The notes beneath the pieces are model-generated. The model was not told the DNA's origin, searched no databases, and saw nothing but the letters and a program-made list of their open reading frames with translations. A stretch of DNA of 64,000 nt from Oscillospiraceae bacterium (GTDB lineage: Bacteria > Bacillota > Clostridia > Oscillospirales > CAG-272): positions 10,508 to 74,507 of the forward strand of contig SVRL01000002.1 of the NCBI GenBank assembly GCA_015064845.1, read 5' to 3'. The first letter of the stretch is position 1; each line of letters begins with the position of its first letter. Positions 1-8,679 of this stretch are shown here, in pieces. The position numbers were made by a program, and so were the translations under genes.

Positions 1-10
1 TTGGAACAGG

Positions 11-66
11 AAATAAAATAAAGCAGGTAACTGATGGATGGAATCCAAATTCAGTTACCTGCTTTT
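11..66 (-). terminator. Rho-independent terminator downstream of the 80..325 ORF
   Basis: Perfect 14-bp stem aagcaggtaactga (21-34) / tcagttacctgctt (51-64). A T-rich tract follows on the minus strand (plus 11-20 aaataaaata). Confidence 0.7.
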
Positions 67-79
67 GTCATTAGGTTAT

Positions 80-325
80 TTATTCAATTGGCTTGTATTC
101 CGTTACTGCTTTCAAATATGCTTCGGGATCGCCGTTCAAGATAAGATCGGCATATTCAAGCGGTGCATTGTAAATCAGATAATCAAGTTCTGACCGCTGA
201 TACATATTATCGGCAACTTCGTTCTCCACGGCGATAGTGTCAATCGCAATCATACTGCCATCGATGAATTTCAATTCCACACAGCAGTTATCGAAGTTAT
301 ATTCGCAGGATATAAGGCGTTTTAT
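80..325 (-). CDS. Small hypothetical protein (81 aa from an SD-positioned ATA, or 66 aa from GTG at 280)
   Basis: The frame is open from 327. GGAGG (335-339, minus) sits 9 nt upstream of ATA (325-323), giving IKRLISCEYNFDNCCVELKF.... The GTG at 280 used by the ORF track has no SD. It lies downstream of an HTH ORF on the same strand. Confidence 0.5.
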   Translation of the reverse strand: MKRLISCEYNFDNCCVELKFIDGSMIAIDTIAVENEVADNMYQRSELDYLIYNAPLEYADLILNGDPEAYLKAVTEYKPIE

Positions 326-390
326 AAGGTTTTACCTCCAAAATTTGTTCTATGGAAGTAATGTAAGCGTGGGTTTTAGTGTGGTATCTT

Positions 391-519
391 TAATTATGGG
401 AAATCCCCGTTTCCCATTTGGAAACGGCTTGATAAGATATTCCTAATTTTTCTGCAAGTTGCTCCTGTGTCAGATTTTTCTGCTGTCTTAATTGTTTGAT
501 GTTGTTGCCAATGTTCATC
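391..519 (-). CDS. Short XRE-family helix-turn-helix ORF (42 aa), probably truncated
   Basis: My translation is MNIGNNIKQLRQQKNLTQEQLAEKLGISYQAVSKWETGISHN*. This is a typical HTH_3 N-terminus that stops just after the recognition helix. SD aaaggag lies upstream. It is below the 60-aa cutoff of the ORF track. Confidence 0.5.
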
Positions 520-544
520 ACACCATCTCCTTTCTTGTAAGACT

Positions 545-573
545 ATTATAGCATGTTTTTTGCCGCATTTCAA
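545..573 (-). promoter_or_regulatory. Sigma-A-type promoter for the HTH ORF
   Basis: On the minus strand: TTGAAA (573-568), 17-bp spacer, TGcTATAAT (-10 = 550-545). Confidence 0.55.
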
Positions 574-668
574 TCAAGCGTTCCTCTTGTTTCTCAACTG
601 TTTGTCGAGTTTTCAATTGATTTCAATCAAAATTTTTTGTTGAAAAATGAGTGATTTTCAAAAAATAA

Positions 669-698
669 TTGACAAGAAAGATAAAAACAGACTATAAT
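669..698 (+). promoter_or_regulatory. Sigma-A-type promoter of cysK
   Basis: TTGACA (669-674), 18-bp spacer, TATAAT (693-698), about 38 nt upstream of the cysK ATG. Confidence 0.6.
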
Positions 699-735
699 CA
701 AGAATAAGAAATAGTGTTACGGAAAGGAAAACAAT

Positions 736-1665
736 ATGAAAATTTATTCTTCGGTTTACGAATTGATCGGAAAAACGCCTTTGATTGCGCTTGACCGATA
801 TGCAAAGGAATACGGATGTTACGCACGGATTCTTGCCAAAGCGGAGAGCTTTAATCCTGCCGGTTCGGCAAAGGACCGCGTTGCAAAAGAAATGATTGAG
901 GATGCGGAAAGAACGGGAAAACTGACTGCGGATTCCGTGATGATTGAACCGACGTCGGGAAATACGGGAATCGGTCTTGCCGCGATTGCCGCCGCAAAAG
1001 GATATCGCTTAATCATTACCATGCCGGAAACCATGTCGGCAGAACGTCAAATGCTTATGCGCGCATACGGAGCGGAACTGATTCTGACCGACGGAGCAAA
1101 AGGTATGGCAGGCGCGATTGCAAAAGCAGAGGAGCTTGTCGCTTCTTTGCCGAATGCTTTTGTGGTGGGACAGTTTACCAATCCCGCCAATCCCGAAGCG
1201 CACAGAAAAACAACGGGGCCGGAAATCTGGGAGGATACCGACGGAAAAGTAGATATTTTCGTTGCGGGCGTTGGTACGGGCGGTACGGTTACGGGTGTCG
1301 GCGAATATCTGAAAACAAAAAATTCCGCAGTAAAAGTGATTGCGGTTGAACCTAAAGATTCCCCCGTGCTTTCGGGCGGCCAAGCGGGAAAACACGACTT
1401 GCAGGGAATCGGCGCAGGCTTTGTTCCCGAAATTCTGAATACGGAAATTTATGATGAAATTTTTCCCGTCAGTACGGAACAGGCATATTTCTGTGCGCGT
1501 ATGCTTGCGAAAAAGGAGGGATTGCTTGTCGGTATTTCCTCGGGTGCGGCTTTGTACGCCGCAACGGAAATCGCAAAACGAGCAGAAAATGGAGGGAAAA
1601 ATATCGTTGTTCTTTTGCCCGATACAGGCGAGAGATATCTTTCTACGGCACTATTTTCTGAGTAA
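736..1665 (+). CDS. cysK: Cysteine synthase A (O-acetylserine sulfhydrylase)
   Basis: 309 aa. Has the PLP-lysine region NPAGSAKDR, the TSGNTGIGLA loop and GTGGT motifs typical of CysK/CysM. SD aaagga. Confidence 0.95.
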   Translation: MKIYSSVYELIGKTPLIALDRYAKEYGCYARILAKAESFNPAGSAKDRVAKEMIEDAERTGKLTADSVMIEPTSGNTGIGLAAIAAAKGYRLIITMPETMSAERQMLMRAYGAELILTDGAKGMAGAIAKAEELVASLPNAFVVGQFTNPANPEAHRKTTGPEIWEDTDGKVDIFVAGVGTGGTVTGVGEYLKTKNSAVKVIAVEPKDSPVLSGGQAGKHDLQGIGAGFVPEILNTEIYDEIFPVSTEQAYFCARMLAKKEGLLVGISSGAALYAATEIAKRAENGGKNIVVLLPDTGERYLSTALFSE

Positions 1666-1675
1666 TCAAGTTAGA

Positions 1676-1712
1676 AAACCGCACGGAGAATTTTATCATC
1701 CGTGCGGTTTTT
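1676..1712. terminator. Bidirectional rho-independent terminator between cysK and nif3
   Basis: Stem aaaccgcacgga / tccgtgcggttt, flanked by A and T runs, between convergent genes. Confidence 0.8.
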
Positions 1713-1717
1713 GTATA

Positions 1718-2491
1718 TTAACAGTAGAAAAATTCACAGCCGCCGGGGAAGCGTACGAAGTCCAGAGGTCCGAAGGCTTCCGTCAGTGTTTTTTCAAAAA
1801 ATGCGGCGCAGGGCACTTCCGTATGATAATGTCCCGCCGTAATAACGGAAAGTCCGTTTTCCGCGGCTTCTAACAGATAGTTGTAGTTGACCTCGCCCGT
1901 CAGATAGGTGTCTGCGCCCATTTTCTGCGCTTCACAAATATAATCCTTGCCGGAACCGCCGAGAACTGCCAGACGGGAAACGATTTCATTCCCCTTTGCT
2001 CCGCAAACACAGGGAGCGCCGAGCGTATCCTTGACGAGCTTGCAGAAGTCTTCAAACGCTATCGGCTTCGGAAGCGTACCGATTCTTGCGGCTGTATCGC
2101 CTTCCACACCGAATTTTTCAATATCGGAGAGGGCAAAAAGGCTTGCCAAAATATCGTTGACACCGCCGTCTGCCGCATCCAAACGGGTGTGAAAGCTCAT
2201 GGCGGCGATATTATTTTTGAGCAGGGAAATGACCTTTCTGGTGGTGCCGTCATGTCCATCCATACGGAGGATCCCCGAAAAGATCAGTGGGTGATGAGAA
2301 ATGATAAGATCTGCGCCGATTTTTTCGGCATATTCCGTGACAGCAGGGGTAATATCCAAAGCAAAAAGAATTTTTTTCACTTCCATTTCGGGAGAAGCGC
2401 AAACCATAAGCCCGTCGTTATCCCAATCACAGGAAAGAGAAGATGGCAATGCGCGTTCAAGACATTGATAAATTTCGGAAATTTTAGGCAT
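1718..2491 (-). CDS. Nif3-like dinuclear metal-centre protein (YqfO/YbgI family)
   Basis: 257 aa. Has the SHHPLIF motif and a C-terminal GHYHTE motif. It sits immediately downstream of trmK, as in Bacillus yqfN-yqfO. Confidence 0.85.
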   Translation of the reverse strand: MPKISEIYQCLERALPSSLSCDWDNDGLMVCASPEMEVKKILFALDITPAVTEYAEKIGADLIISHHPLIFSGILRMDGHDGTTRKVISLLKNNIAAMSFHTRLDAADGGVNDILASLFALSDIEKFGVEGDTAARIGTLPKPIAFEDFCKLVKDTLGAPCVCGAKGNEIVSRLAVLGGSGKDYICEAQKMGADTYLTGEVNYNYLLEAAENGLSVITAGHYHTEVPCAAFFEKTLTEAFGPLDFVRFPGGCEFFYC

Positions 2492-2505
2492 AACAGAATC
2501 CTTTC

Positions 2506-3204
2506 TTATAAATCTTTCAATTCTTTTTCGATGGCTGCGTAAAGTGCGCGTTCCTTTTCGGCAGAACGACCGCCCTTTTCAAGACCGATTATTTTTTCCC
2601 GAAGCACATCGGTTTGTCTTTCGCACAGCCGCAAGAAGTTTTCCTTGTTTTCTTTTTTGTGTTCGATGTTATATCTTCCGAGCAAAAGCTCGGTTTCCGT
2701 ATATTCGCGTATTTCTCCGTCATAGACGGCAAGCAGAATCTGATAAAATTTTCCGTCTGCCAAAGCTTGTTTTTCTTGATTGATTGAAAAACCGTTTTCG
2801 GCAAGATAACGGCGAAGCTCGGGAATGTGTTGCATGGGCTGTAAAATCAAATGCGGAGAATTTTCTGCGCGTAAAAACTGTGCTTTTTCCAAAATATTGC
2901 GGATCATCAATCCGCCCATGCCGGCAATTGCGATATCCGTTACGGGATATTTTTCGATTCCCTGCAAGCCATCGGTCAGTAATGTTTGAATTTTATCGGA
3001 AAAACCTGCTTCTCTGATATTTTTATCCGCGCTTTCCAAAGGCCCTTTGTGAATATCGGATGCCACGGCACCCGATATTATATTGCTTTCGGCAAGATAT
3101 ACGGGAAGGTAAGCATGGTCGGTTCCGACGTCGGCAAGATAAGCGCCTTTGCGAACCATTGATGCAACCGCAAGTAAGCGCGCATCCAATTTTGTTTTTT
3201 TCAT
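2506..3204 (-). CDS. trmK: tRNA (adenine22-N1)-methyltransferase TrmK
   Basis: 232 aa. Has ADVGTDHAYLP and IAGMGG motifs and LILQP, colinear with B. subtilis YqfN as I recall it. Confidence 0.85.
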   Translation of the reverse strand: MKKTKLDARLLAVASMVRKGAYLADVGTDHAYLPVYLAESNIISGAVASDIHKGPLESADKNIREAGFSDKIQTLLTDGLQGIEKYPVTDIAIAGMGGLMIRNILEKAQFLRAENSPHLILQPMQHIPELRRYLAENGFSINQEKQALADGKFYQILLAVYDGEIREYTETELLLGRYNIEHKKENKENFLRLCERQTDVLREKIIGLEKGGRSAEKERALYAAIEKELKDL

Positions 3205-3227
3205 ATTTTATATCCTTTATGAACCGA

Positions 3228-3269
3228 AGCCCCTTCCCGTACCAAGCGAGAAGGGGCTCTTGTTTTTTT
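3228..3269. terminator. GC-rich hairpin between the DUF1858 gene and trmK
   Basis: Stem agccccttc (3228-3236) / gaaggggct (3250-3258). The T-tract (3260-3269) is on the plus strand only, so its role as a minus-strand terminator is uncertain. Confidence 0.4.
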
Positions 3270-3281
3270 CAAGTAAGAAAA

Positions 3282-3479
3282 TTATTTAGCGAAATGTGCG
3301 TTGAGCTTTGCAACAAGCGCATCTACGTCTGTACCGTGTACGATACAAGCTTCTTCGAGGCTTTCTCCGCGGGAAGCGGGGCAGCCGAGGCAGTGCATAC
3401 CGATTTCGATGAAATAGATTGCAGTTGCAGGGTCAAAGTCAAGAATATCGCCGATGATGCTGTCTTTCGTGATTTCCAT
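3282..3479 (-). CDS. DUF1858 / hybrid-cluster-protein-associated redox disulfide domain protein (65 aa)
   Basis: MEITKDSIIGDIL...GMHCLGCPAS...EEACIVHGTDVDALV matches this small CxxC family. The internal ATG at 3479 was chosen over the ORF-track start at 3566. Confidence 0.75.
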   Translation of the reverse strand: MEITKDSIIGDILDFDPATAIYFIEIGMHCLGCPASRGESLEEACIVHGTDVDALVAKLNAHFAK

Positions 3480-3725
3480 GGTGATACCAAACCTTTCTAC
3501 ATAAATTTTGAACGACCGGATTGAAACCGTTCTTTTTGAAGTTGCGTCAAAAATATTCCGCAACAATACTATTTTATCATATCCGTTTTTTTATGTCAAT
3601 ATCTTTTTTGCAAACCTTTTTCAGATTGTAAAAAATTTTTTAAATGTTTAAAAAAATAGTTTATGTTGCACAAAAGGAAACAGCTTTTTTCTCTGTTTAT
3701 GAGGCAATAAAAACAATTTTTTCTC

Positions 3726-3754
3726 TTGCATATCTGAAAATACTGCGATATAAT
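3726..3754 (+). promoter_or_regulatory. Sigma-A-type promoter of the EF-G paralog
   Basis: TTGCAT (3726-3731), 17-bp spacer, TATAAT (3749-3754). This leaves a ~140-nt leader. Confidence 0.55.
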
Positions 3755-3898
3755 AGTATCAGTTGGGTTTTCAAAAGATTGAAAACAGGTTTCGATTTCT
3801 CCAAGCGCACCGTTCCGAGCGAGACCCTTTACACATCGTCGGCGGCGCAGAGACTCTGAACAAGAATTTAGTTTTACCGAAAGGAACGGATTTATATA

Positions 3899-5971
3899 AT
3901 GGAAAAGATTCACTCCCGAGACATTCGCAACGTATGTTTGCTTGGCCATGGCGCAAGCGGTAAGACCTCCCTTGCAGAAGCCATGCTTTACGTAAAAAAA
4001 GAAACCGACAGACTTGGTAAGCCCTCCGAAGGCAACACCGTTTGCGATTTTGATGCAGAAGAAATCAAAAGAGGCTTTACACTCTCCGCCTCCATTGCTC
4101 CCGTTACGCATAATGGCGTAAAGATCAACATCATCGATACGCCCGGATATCTTGATTTCCAGGGCGAAGCACTTCAGGCTTTGCGTGTTGCAGGCAGCGC
4201 GTTGATCGTTATTGACGGTAAGGCAGGTGTTGAAGTCGGCACGGAAATCGCATGGGATCTTGTTTGCAAGGATAAAATGCCCCGTGCATTCTTTATTAAT
4301 AAATGTGACGACCCCGAAACCCGTTTCAGAAAAGTATTCCAGGAAATGCACGATAAATTCGGCAGCTCCATCTGTCCCGTTGTTATCCCGCTTCTCGAAG
4401 GAGACGATATCGTCGGTCTTCTTGACTTGATCGATATGAGAGCCGTTGCGTTTGCGCACGGAAAAGACGGTCAGCCCATTGACATTCCCGCGGGTAACGA
4501 AGAACGTATTGACAGATGTCTCAGCATGCTCCATGAAGCCGTTGCTTCTACCAGTGAAGAATTGATGGATAAATTCTTTGAAGGCGAAAGTATTACCAAA
4601 GAAGAAATCGTTGCGGCTCTTCACGACGGTATTCTCCGCGGCGATATTGCTCCCGTTGTCTGCGGTTCCGCAACCAATCTTTGCGGTGTTCGTTTGCTTC
4701 TTGACGTGATCGCGCAGACACTTCCCAGCCCCGTATATCACAAGGCGGAAATCGTGATTGACGGCGATGAAGAAATCGAACGTCCCGTTCGTGAACACGG
4801 ACCGGCTTCCATCTTCGTCTTCAAAACCGTTGCAGACCCGTTCGTCGGCAAAATGTCCTTCTTTAAGGTTATCGGCGGCGAGCTTTACAGCGATTCCGTT
4901 TTGAAAAACGTAACCACGGGACAGGATGAACGTCTCTCCCGTATTTATACCGTTTGCGGAAAGAAACAGACCGAAGTGAAGATGCTCTCCATGGGCGACA
5001 TCGGTATGACTGCAAAACTCAATAATACCAATACAAATGATACACTTTCTCAAATGGAAAATCCTCTTCCTTATAAGAAGATTGTATATCCCGAATCCTT
5101 CTACCAGATGGCAATCGCGCCCAAAGCAAAAGGCGATGAAGATAAGATCGCACAGGGCATTAACAAGCTTTTGGAAGAAGACCGCACTTTGAAATATGAA
5201 AATAATCCCGAAACCAAACAGCTTCTCATTTCCGGTCAGGGCGATATCCATTTGGACGTAACCGTTTCCAAACTCAAATCCCGCTTCGGTGTTTCCGTTG
5301 TTCTTTCCGCACCGAAGATCGCGTACCGCGAAACCATCAAGAAGAGAGTGGAAGTGGAAGGCAAACATAAGAAACAGTCGGGCGGACACGGTCAGTACGG
5401 CCATGTAAAAATGTCCTTTGCTCCCGGCATCAATCCCGGTTTGGAATTCACACAGTCCGTTGTCGGCGGTTCCGTTCCGAAGAACTATTATCCCGCTGTT
5501 GAAAAGGGCCTGTTGGAATCCATGCAGAAAGGTGTTCTTGCGGGTTATCCCGTTGTAAACCTGAAAGCTGATCTTTCCGACGGTTCTTATCATCCCGTTG
5601 ACTCCTCCGAAATGGCGTTCAAGATTGCCGCTTCTCTTGCATATAAAGAAGCGCTTCCGAAGGCAAACCCCGTTCTTTTGGAACCGGTTGGCAAACTCAA
5701 CGTATATGCGCCCAGCGAAATGCTCGGTGATATCATGGGTGCCATCAACAAACGCCGCGGCAGAGTGCTCGGCATGACACCCACAGAAAAACACGGCGAA
5801 CAGGTTATTGAAGCAGAAGCTCCGATGGCAGAAATGGTTGACTTTGCAATTCAGCTTCGCGCTATCACACAGGGCAGAGGTTCCTATACTTTCTACTTCT
5901 CCGATTATGAAGAAGTGCCCATGTTCAATGCGCAGAAGATCATCGAAGAAGCAAAGAAGAACGCCGATTAA
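3899..5971 (+). CDS. Elongation factor G family GTPase (EF-G2-type paralog)
   Basis: 690 aa with full EF-G domain order. The G1 motif is GHGASGKT rather than AHIDAGKT, with DTPGY and NKCD motifs. It is not in an rpsL-rpsG-fusA-tuf context. Confidence 0.9.
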   Translation: MEKIHSRDIRNVCLLGHGASGKTSLAEAMLYVKKETDRLGKPSEGNTVCDFDAEEIKRGFTLSASIAPVTHNGVKINIIDTPGYLDFQGEALQALRVAGSALIVIDGKAGVEVGTEIAWDLVCKDKMPRAFFINKCDDPETRFRKVFQEMHDKFGSSICPVVIPLLEGDDIVGLLDLIDMRAVAFAHGKDGQPIDIPAGNEERIDRCLSMLHEAVASTSEELMDKFFEGESITKEEIVAALHDGILRGDIAPVVCGSATNLCGVRLLLDVIAQTLPSPVYHKAEIVIDGDEEIERPVREHGPASIFVFKTVADPFVGKMSFFKVIGGELYSDSVLKNVTTGQDERLSRIYTVCGKKQTEVKMLSMGDIGMTAKLNNTNTNDTLSQMENPLPYKKIVYPESFYQMAIAPKAKGDEDKIAQGINKLLEEDRTLKYENNPETKQLLISGQGDIHLDVTVSKLKSRFGVSVVLSAPKIAYRETIKKRVEVEGKHKKQSGGHGQYGHVKMSFAPGINPGLEFTQSVVGGSVPKNYYPAVEKGLLESMQKGVLAGYPVVNLKADLSDGSYHPVDSSEMAFKIAASLAYKEALPKANPVLLEPVGKLNVYAPSEMLGDIMGAINKRRGRVLGMTPTEKHGEQVIEAEAPMAEMVDFAIQLRAITQGRGSYTFYFSDYEEVPMFNAQKIIEEAKKNAD

Positions 5972-6019
5972 TTTACGACCTTTTTCATTATACTCCTTTT
6001 TTCATACTATCTTCTCGGG

Positions 6020-6047
6020 AAAAAGCACGGTTCGCCGTGCTTTTTCC
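6020..6047 (+). terminator. Rho-independent terminator of the EF-G paralog
   Basis: Stem agcacgg, loop ttcg, stem ccgtgct, followed by TTTTT. Confidence 0.8.
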
Positions 6048-6064
6048 TTTGGGATTTAAAATTG

Positions 6065-6090
6065 AAATCCCGACAAAAAGTCGGGATTTT
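6065..6090. terminator. Hairpin terminator, probably serving the convergent 6101..6601 gene
   Basis: Stem aaatcccgac / gtcgggattt with an aaaaa loop. U-rich tracts occur on both strands. Confidence 0.6.
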
Positions 6091-6100
6091 CAGAGAATTC

Positions 6101-6601
6101 TTATTCCTTATATCGTATAGATTTCCATTCGTTCCAAAAAGCAACATAACCGTTTTTATCAAAATCGTCATTTGGAAGCGTTTTGGCTTTGCTTTTATGA
6201 TAAAATGCTTCTATTTTATCTGCAAACGCAAAAACTGTATTTCTGTAATCATTATTGGAAATTTTGGTAATATTTCCGGATTCTGTAACCAATACGATTT
6301 TATCGTTTTCGTGATAAACGGACCAATCAATACCTTCGGGACATCCGCAAATATCAACTTTTGAAAGATCTTCATTCGCTATCATGAAAAAACCGCAACA
6401 TGGAAGCATTTGATTGCTTTCATAAATTTTATGGTCATCTTTTAATGATTTAAGCAAATACAGCGCGGTTGAACTAACGGTTGCCTCATATTCAAAGATT
6501 TCTTTGCCTATCTGAACGGTGGTATATCCATGAAGACAGAAATCTTCCTCTTCATTTACGCCTTCCATCCAATGTAAGTCAGATACACTTATAGAAAACA
6601 A
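6101..6601 (-). CDS. Hypothetical Cys-rich protein (166 aa, TTG start)
   Basis: GGAGGA (about 6610-6616, minus) lies ~7 nt upstream of an in-frame TTG at 6601. The ORF-track start at 6682 would overlap the upstream gene. Contains CCGFF...CGCPEG. I recognise no family. Confidence 0.6.
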   Translation of the reverse strand: MFSISVSDLHWMEGVNEEEDFCLHGYTTVQIGKEIFEYEATVSSTALYLLKSLKDDHKIYESNQMLPCCGFFMIANEDLSKVDICGCPEGIDWSVYHENDKIVLVTESGNITKISNNDYRNTVFAFADKIEAFYHKSKAKTLPNDDFDKNGYVAFWNEWKSIRYKE

Positions 6602-6630
6602 TACGGGTTTCCTCCTTTTCGTTTGGATGA

Positions 6631-8337
6631 TTATGTATTGGTATCCTTGCAAAAATAATCCCAAGGACGGTTTTTTTCGCAAATGATTTCGATGGTTCTG
6701 TCAACGGGGGAGAAGTCTGTCAGGAAGACCAAATATTTGTCGGAAGGAGAAGGAAGACTGCCGCGCATATTCCGATGGTAAAAATGTTTGGCGAAAAGAT
6801 TCTTGATCGTAAGGGAATCTCCTTCCCAGTTGGAAAAGGTAACGTTGCCTTCCGTTGCGCAAAGGAAATTTCCTGCGGTAGCAAGAGTCATGGCGTTTCC
6901 CGCGCGTACATGAACGTCGGTCGGAACGGCGAATTCCAATTTGAAGGGTACGTTTTCCGTTCCGTGCGTTTGGATATGAATTTTCATACCTGTTTCGGTA
7001 AAGATAAAATCCACCGTATAACCAAAATCGCAACGGCTGATGCTCGGTCTGCTTTGATAATTCATGCTCCAATAATTTTCAGAACCTTCGGGCGGTGTTT
7101 CAAAAGGCAGTTTATAGTCTGCCCATGTATGAAAAGACATACGGTAGTGGTTTTCTTCGACTTTTTCAATGGCATCGGGTAAAAATTGAGCGATTGCAAA
7201 GAACGAAGAGCAAATACGCGCGCGAATGCTGATATTTCCGACGGTAATATGCATAAAATCGGGATTTTTTGCCAACAGGGAATAGATCGCTCCGTTTTTC
7301 TTGACACGGACGATTCCTGATTTCGGATAAAATAAGTGAAATTCTTTTTCGGGAGCGGGAAGTTCAGAGAAGTTTACGGAAAGATTTTTCAGTTCCGGAT
7401 AACAAATATAAAGACGCAACGGAAAATGAAGGATCGCATTTGCGGTTTTGCTCTCCAGAATATTTTTCAGAATTCCCAAAAATACGGGATCTTTGGTATT
7501 GGCATAAGCCATCAGCGCAATATCCGCATACCGTTCAAAATCAAAAAGAACGTTGCTTCCCACTTCGCCTTTGTCTTTGCGCCGTGAATTTTGCGTAAAG
7601 ATCAGACTGCCTTTTTCAACAAAGCGGGAAACGAGCAAAAGATTTCGTTTGACATATTCAAAAAACTCGGGCATATTGGCTTCAACGGCAATCTGGCAAA
7701 GCGCTCTGTCGGAAACAGCGCTGTACATCCCTGCGGAACGCTCCGAAAATTCTCCGTTTTCATCAATGTCAATTTTTTCCGCAAGAAATTGCTGCGCTCT
7801 GCGCAAAAGGCGTTCATCTTTTTTATGGAGTGTATTATATGCGTAATACAGAGATGCGGTAAGCACCCAGCGATGATTGGGGGTGTGGAATCCGCTTGCG
7901 AGAAGACCTTCGGAAATGCGTTCCAAAAGACGATAAATTTTTCTTGCGATTTCGGATTCCTCTTCCGTTTTTTCAGGCAGATCACGAATCAAACGGTAAG
8001 CATGGCAAAGATGTGGTGTATTAAAATATTCCGGTTGATGATAATTGGATATAATCAAATCCACGGTGCCGTCTTCGTGAATGCTGTTTTCTACTCCCGC
8101 ACAAAGCAATCGAATAAATTCCAAAAGGTCTTTTTGCTTATAGTAAATGCTGTCGGGAGAGCTATATAGCATGACTGCACATTCTATATAGACGAACGAT
8201 GAGCTGGGTTCAAATATACCGTTGTCTGCAAAGATTTTTCCGCAGTGCGGATTGGAAGGCTCACGTATGATGTTATGCATTCCTCTTTGTAACAAATTGT
8301 ATGCGCCCTGCAAAGCGTAAGGATAAAACCGTTTCAT
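6631..8337 (-). CDS. Hypothetical 568-aa protein, possibly heparinase II/III-like or uronate-lyase-like
   Basis: Clean ORF with SD GGAG and no signal peptide. The N-terminal half looks helical with an FHTPNHRW motif reminiscent of the NH pair in alpha/alpha-toroid lyases. The C-terminal half looks beta-rich. The functional call is weak. Confidence 0.55.
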   Translation of the reverse strand: MKRFYPYALQGAYNLLQRGMHNIIREPSNPHCGKIFADNGIFEPSSSFVYIECAVMLYSSPDSIYYKQKDLLEFIRLLCAGVENSIHEDGTVDLIISNYHQPEYFNTPHLCHAYRLIRDLPEKTEEESEIARKIYRLLERISEGLLASGFHTPNHRWVLTASLYYAYNTLHKKDERLLRRAQQFLAEKIDIDENGEFSERSAGMYSAVSDRALCQIAVEANMPEFFEYVKRNLLLVSRFVEKGSLIFTQNSRRKDKGEVGSNVLFDFERYADIALMAYANTKDPVFLGILKNILESKTANAILHFPLRLYICYPELKNLSVNFSELPAPEKEFHLFYPKSGIVRVKKNGAIYSLLAKNPDFMHITVGNISIRARICSSFFAIAQFLPDAIEKVEENHYRMSFHTWADYKLPFETPPEGSENYWSMNYQSRPSISRCDFGYTVDFIFTETGMKIHIQTHGTENVPFKLEFAVPTDVHVRAGNAMTLATAGNFLCATEGNVTFSNWEGDSLTIKNLFAKHFYHRNMRGSLPSPSDKYLVFLTDFSPVDRTIEIICEKNRPWDYFCKDTNT

Positions 8338-8679
8338 AAATATCTCCGTTCTGCCGAAAATAGCGGCATAAATGAAAAATAAATCTTATTTTTATAAGGA
8401 AATTTGGTAAATACTTATATAAAGGCGTTTTTCACTTCTGCTTTTATTATACATAAAGACGAATTTTTTGTCAAGCAATATCAAAAAATGCATTGGGAAT
8501 TTTCAAAATGTGATCTTATGCTATATAATAAAAACGAAAATGTATCGAATCATACTTGTAAAAAGATGAAAAATATGGTATGCTGTATATATACGGGTAA
8601 AAAATGAAACAAGATAATGGTAAATTTTTAGAAATTCAAAGTATATTTTGCTGCTTGTCGGCAGCTGAACGGAGATGGT

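Noticed and set aside
568-642. Repeated ATTTCAATCAA motif (568-577, 633-642) and a TCAATTGA palindrome in the cysK / HTH divergent region
   Set aside because: These are short AT-rich repeats overlapping a -35 element. I cannot match them to a CymR or other known operator, so they are not reported as a feature.
3806-3850. Partial resemblance of the EF-G leader (GTTCCGAGCGAGA...ACACATCGTCGGCGG) to the ykkC/guanidine-I core (GGTCCGAGAG...ACACGG)
   Set aside because: The remaining conserved blocks of the ykkC motif, such as the AAAGCCCGGGAG-type 3' element and the CTAGGGTTCCG 5' element, are absent. The similarity is too short to support a call.
3596-5794. 732-aa ORF antisense to the EF-G paralog
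   Set aside because: It has the same codon phase as the sense gene, low-complexity composition and no SD. It is explained by the absence of TTA/CTA/TCA codons in the strongly supported EF-G gene.
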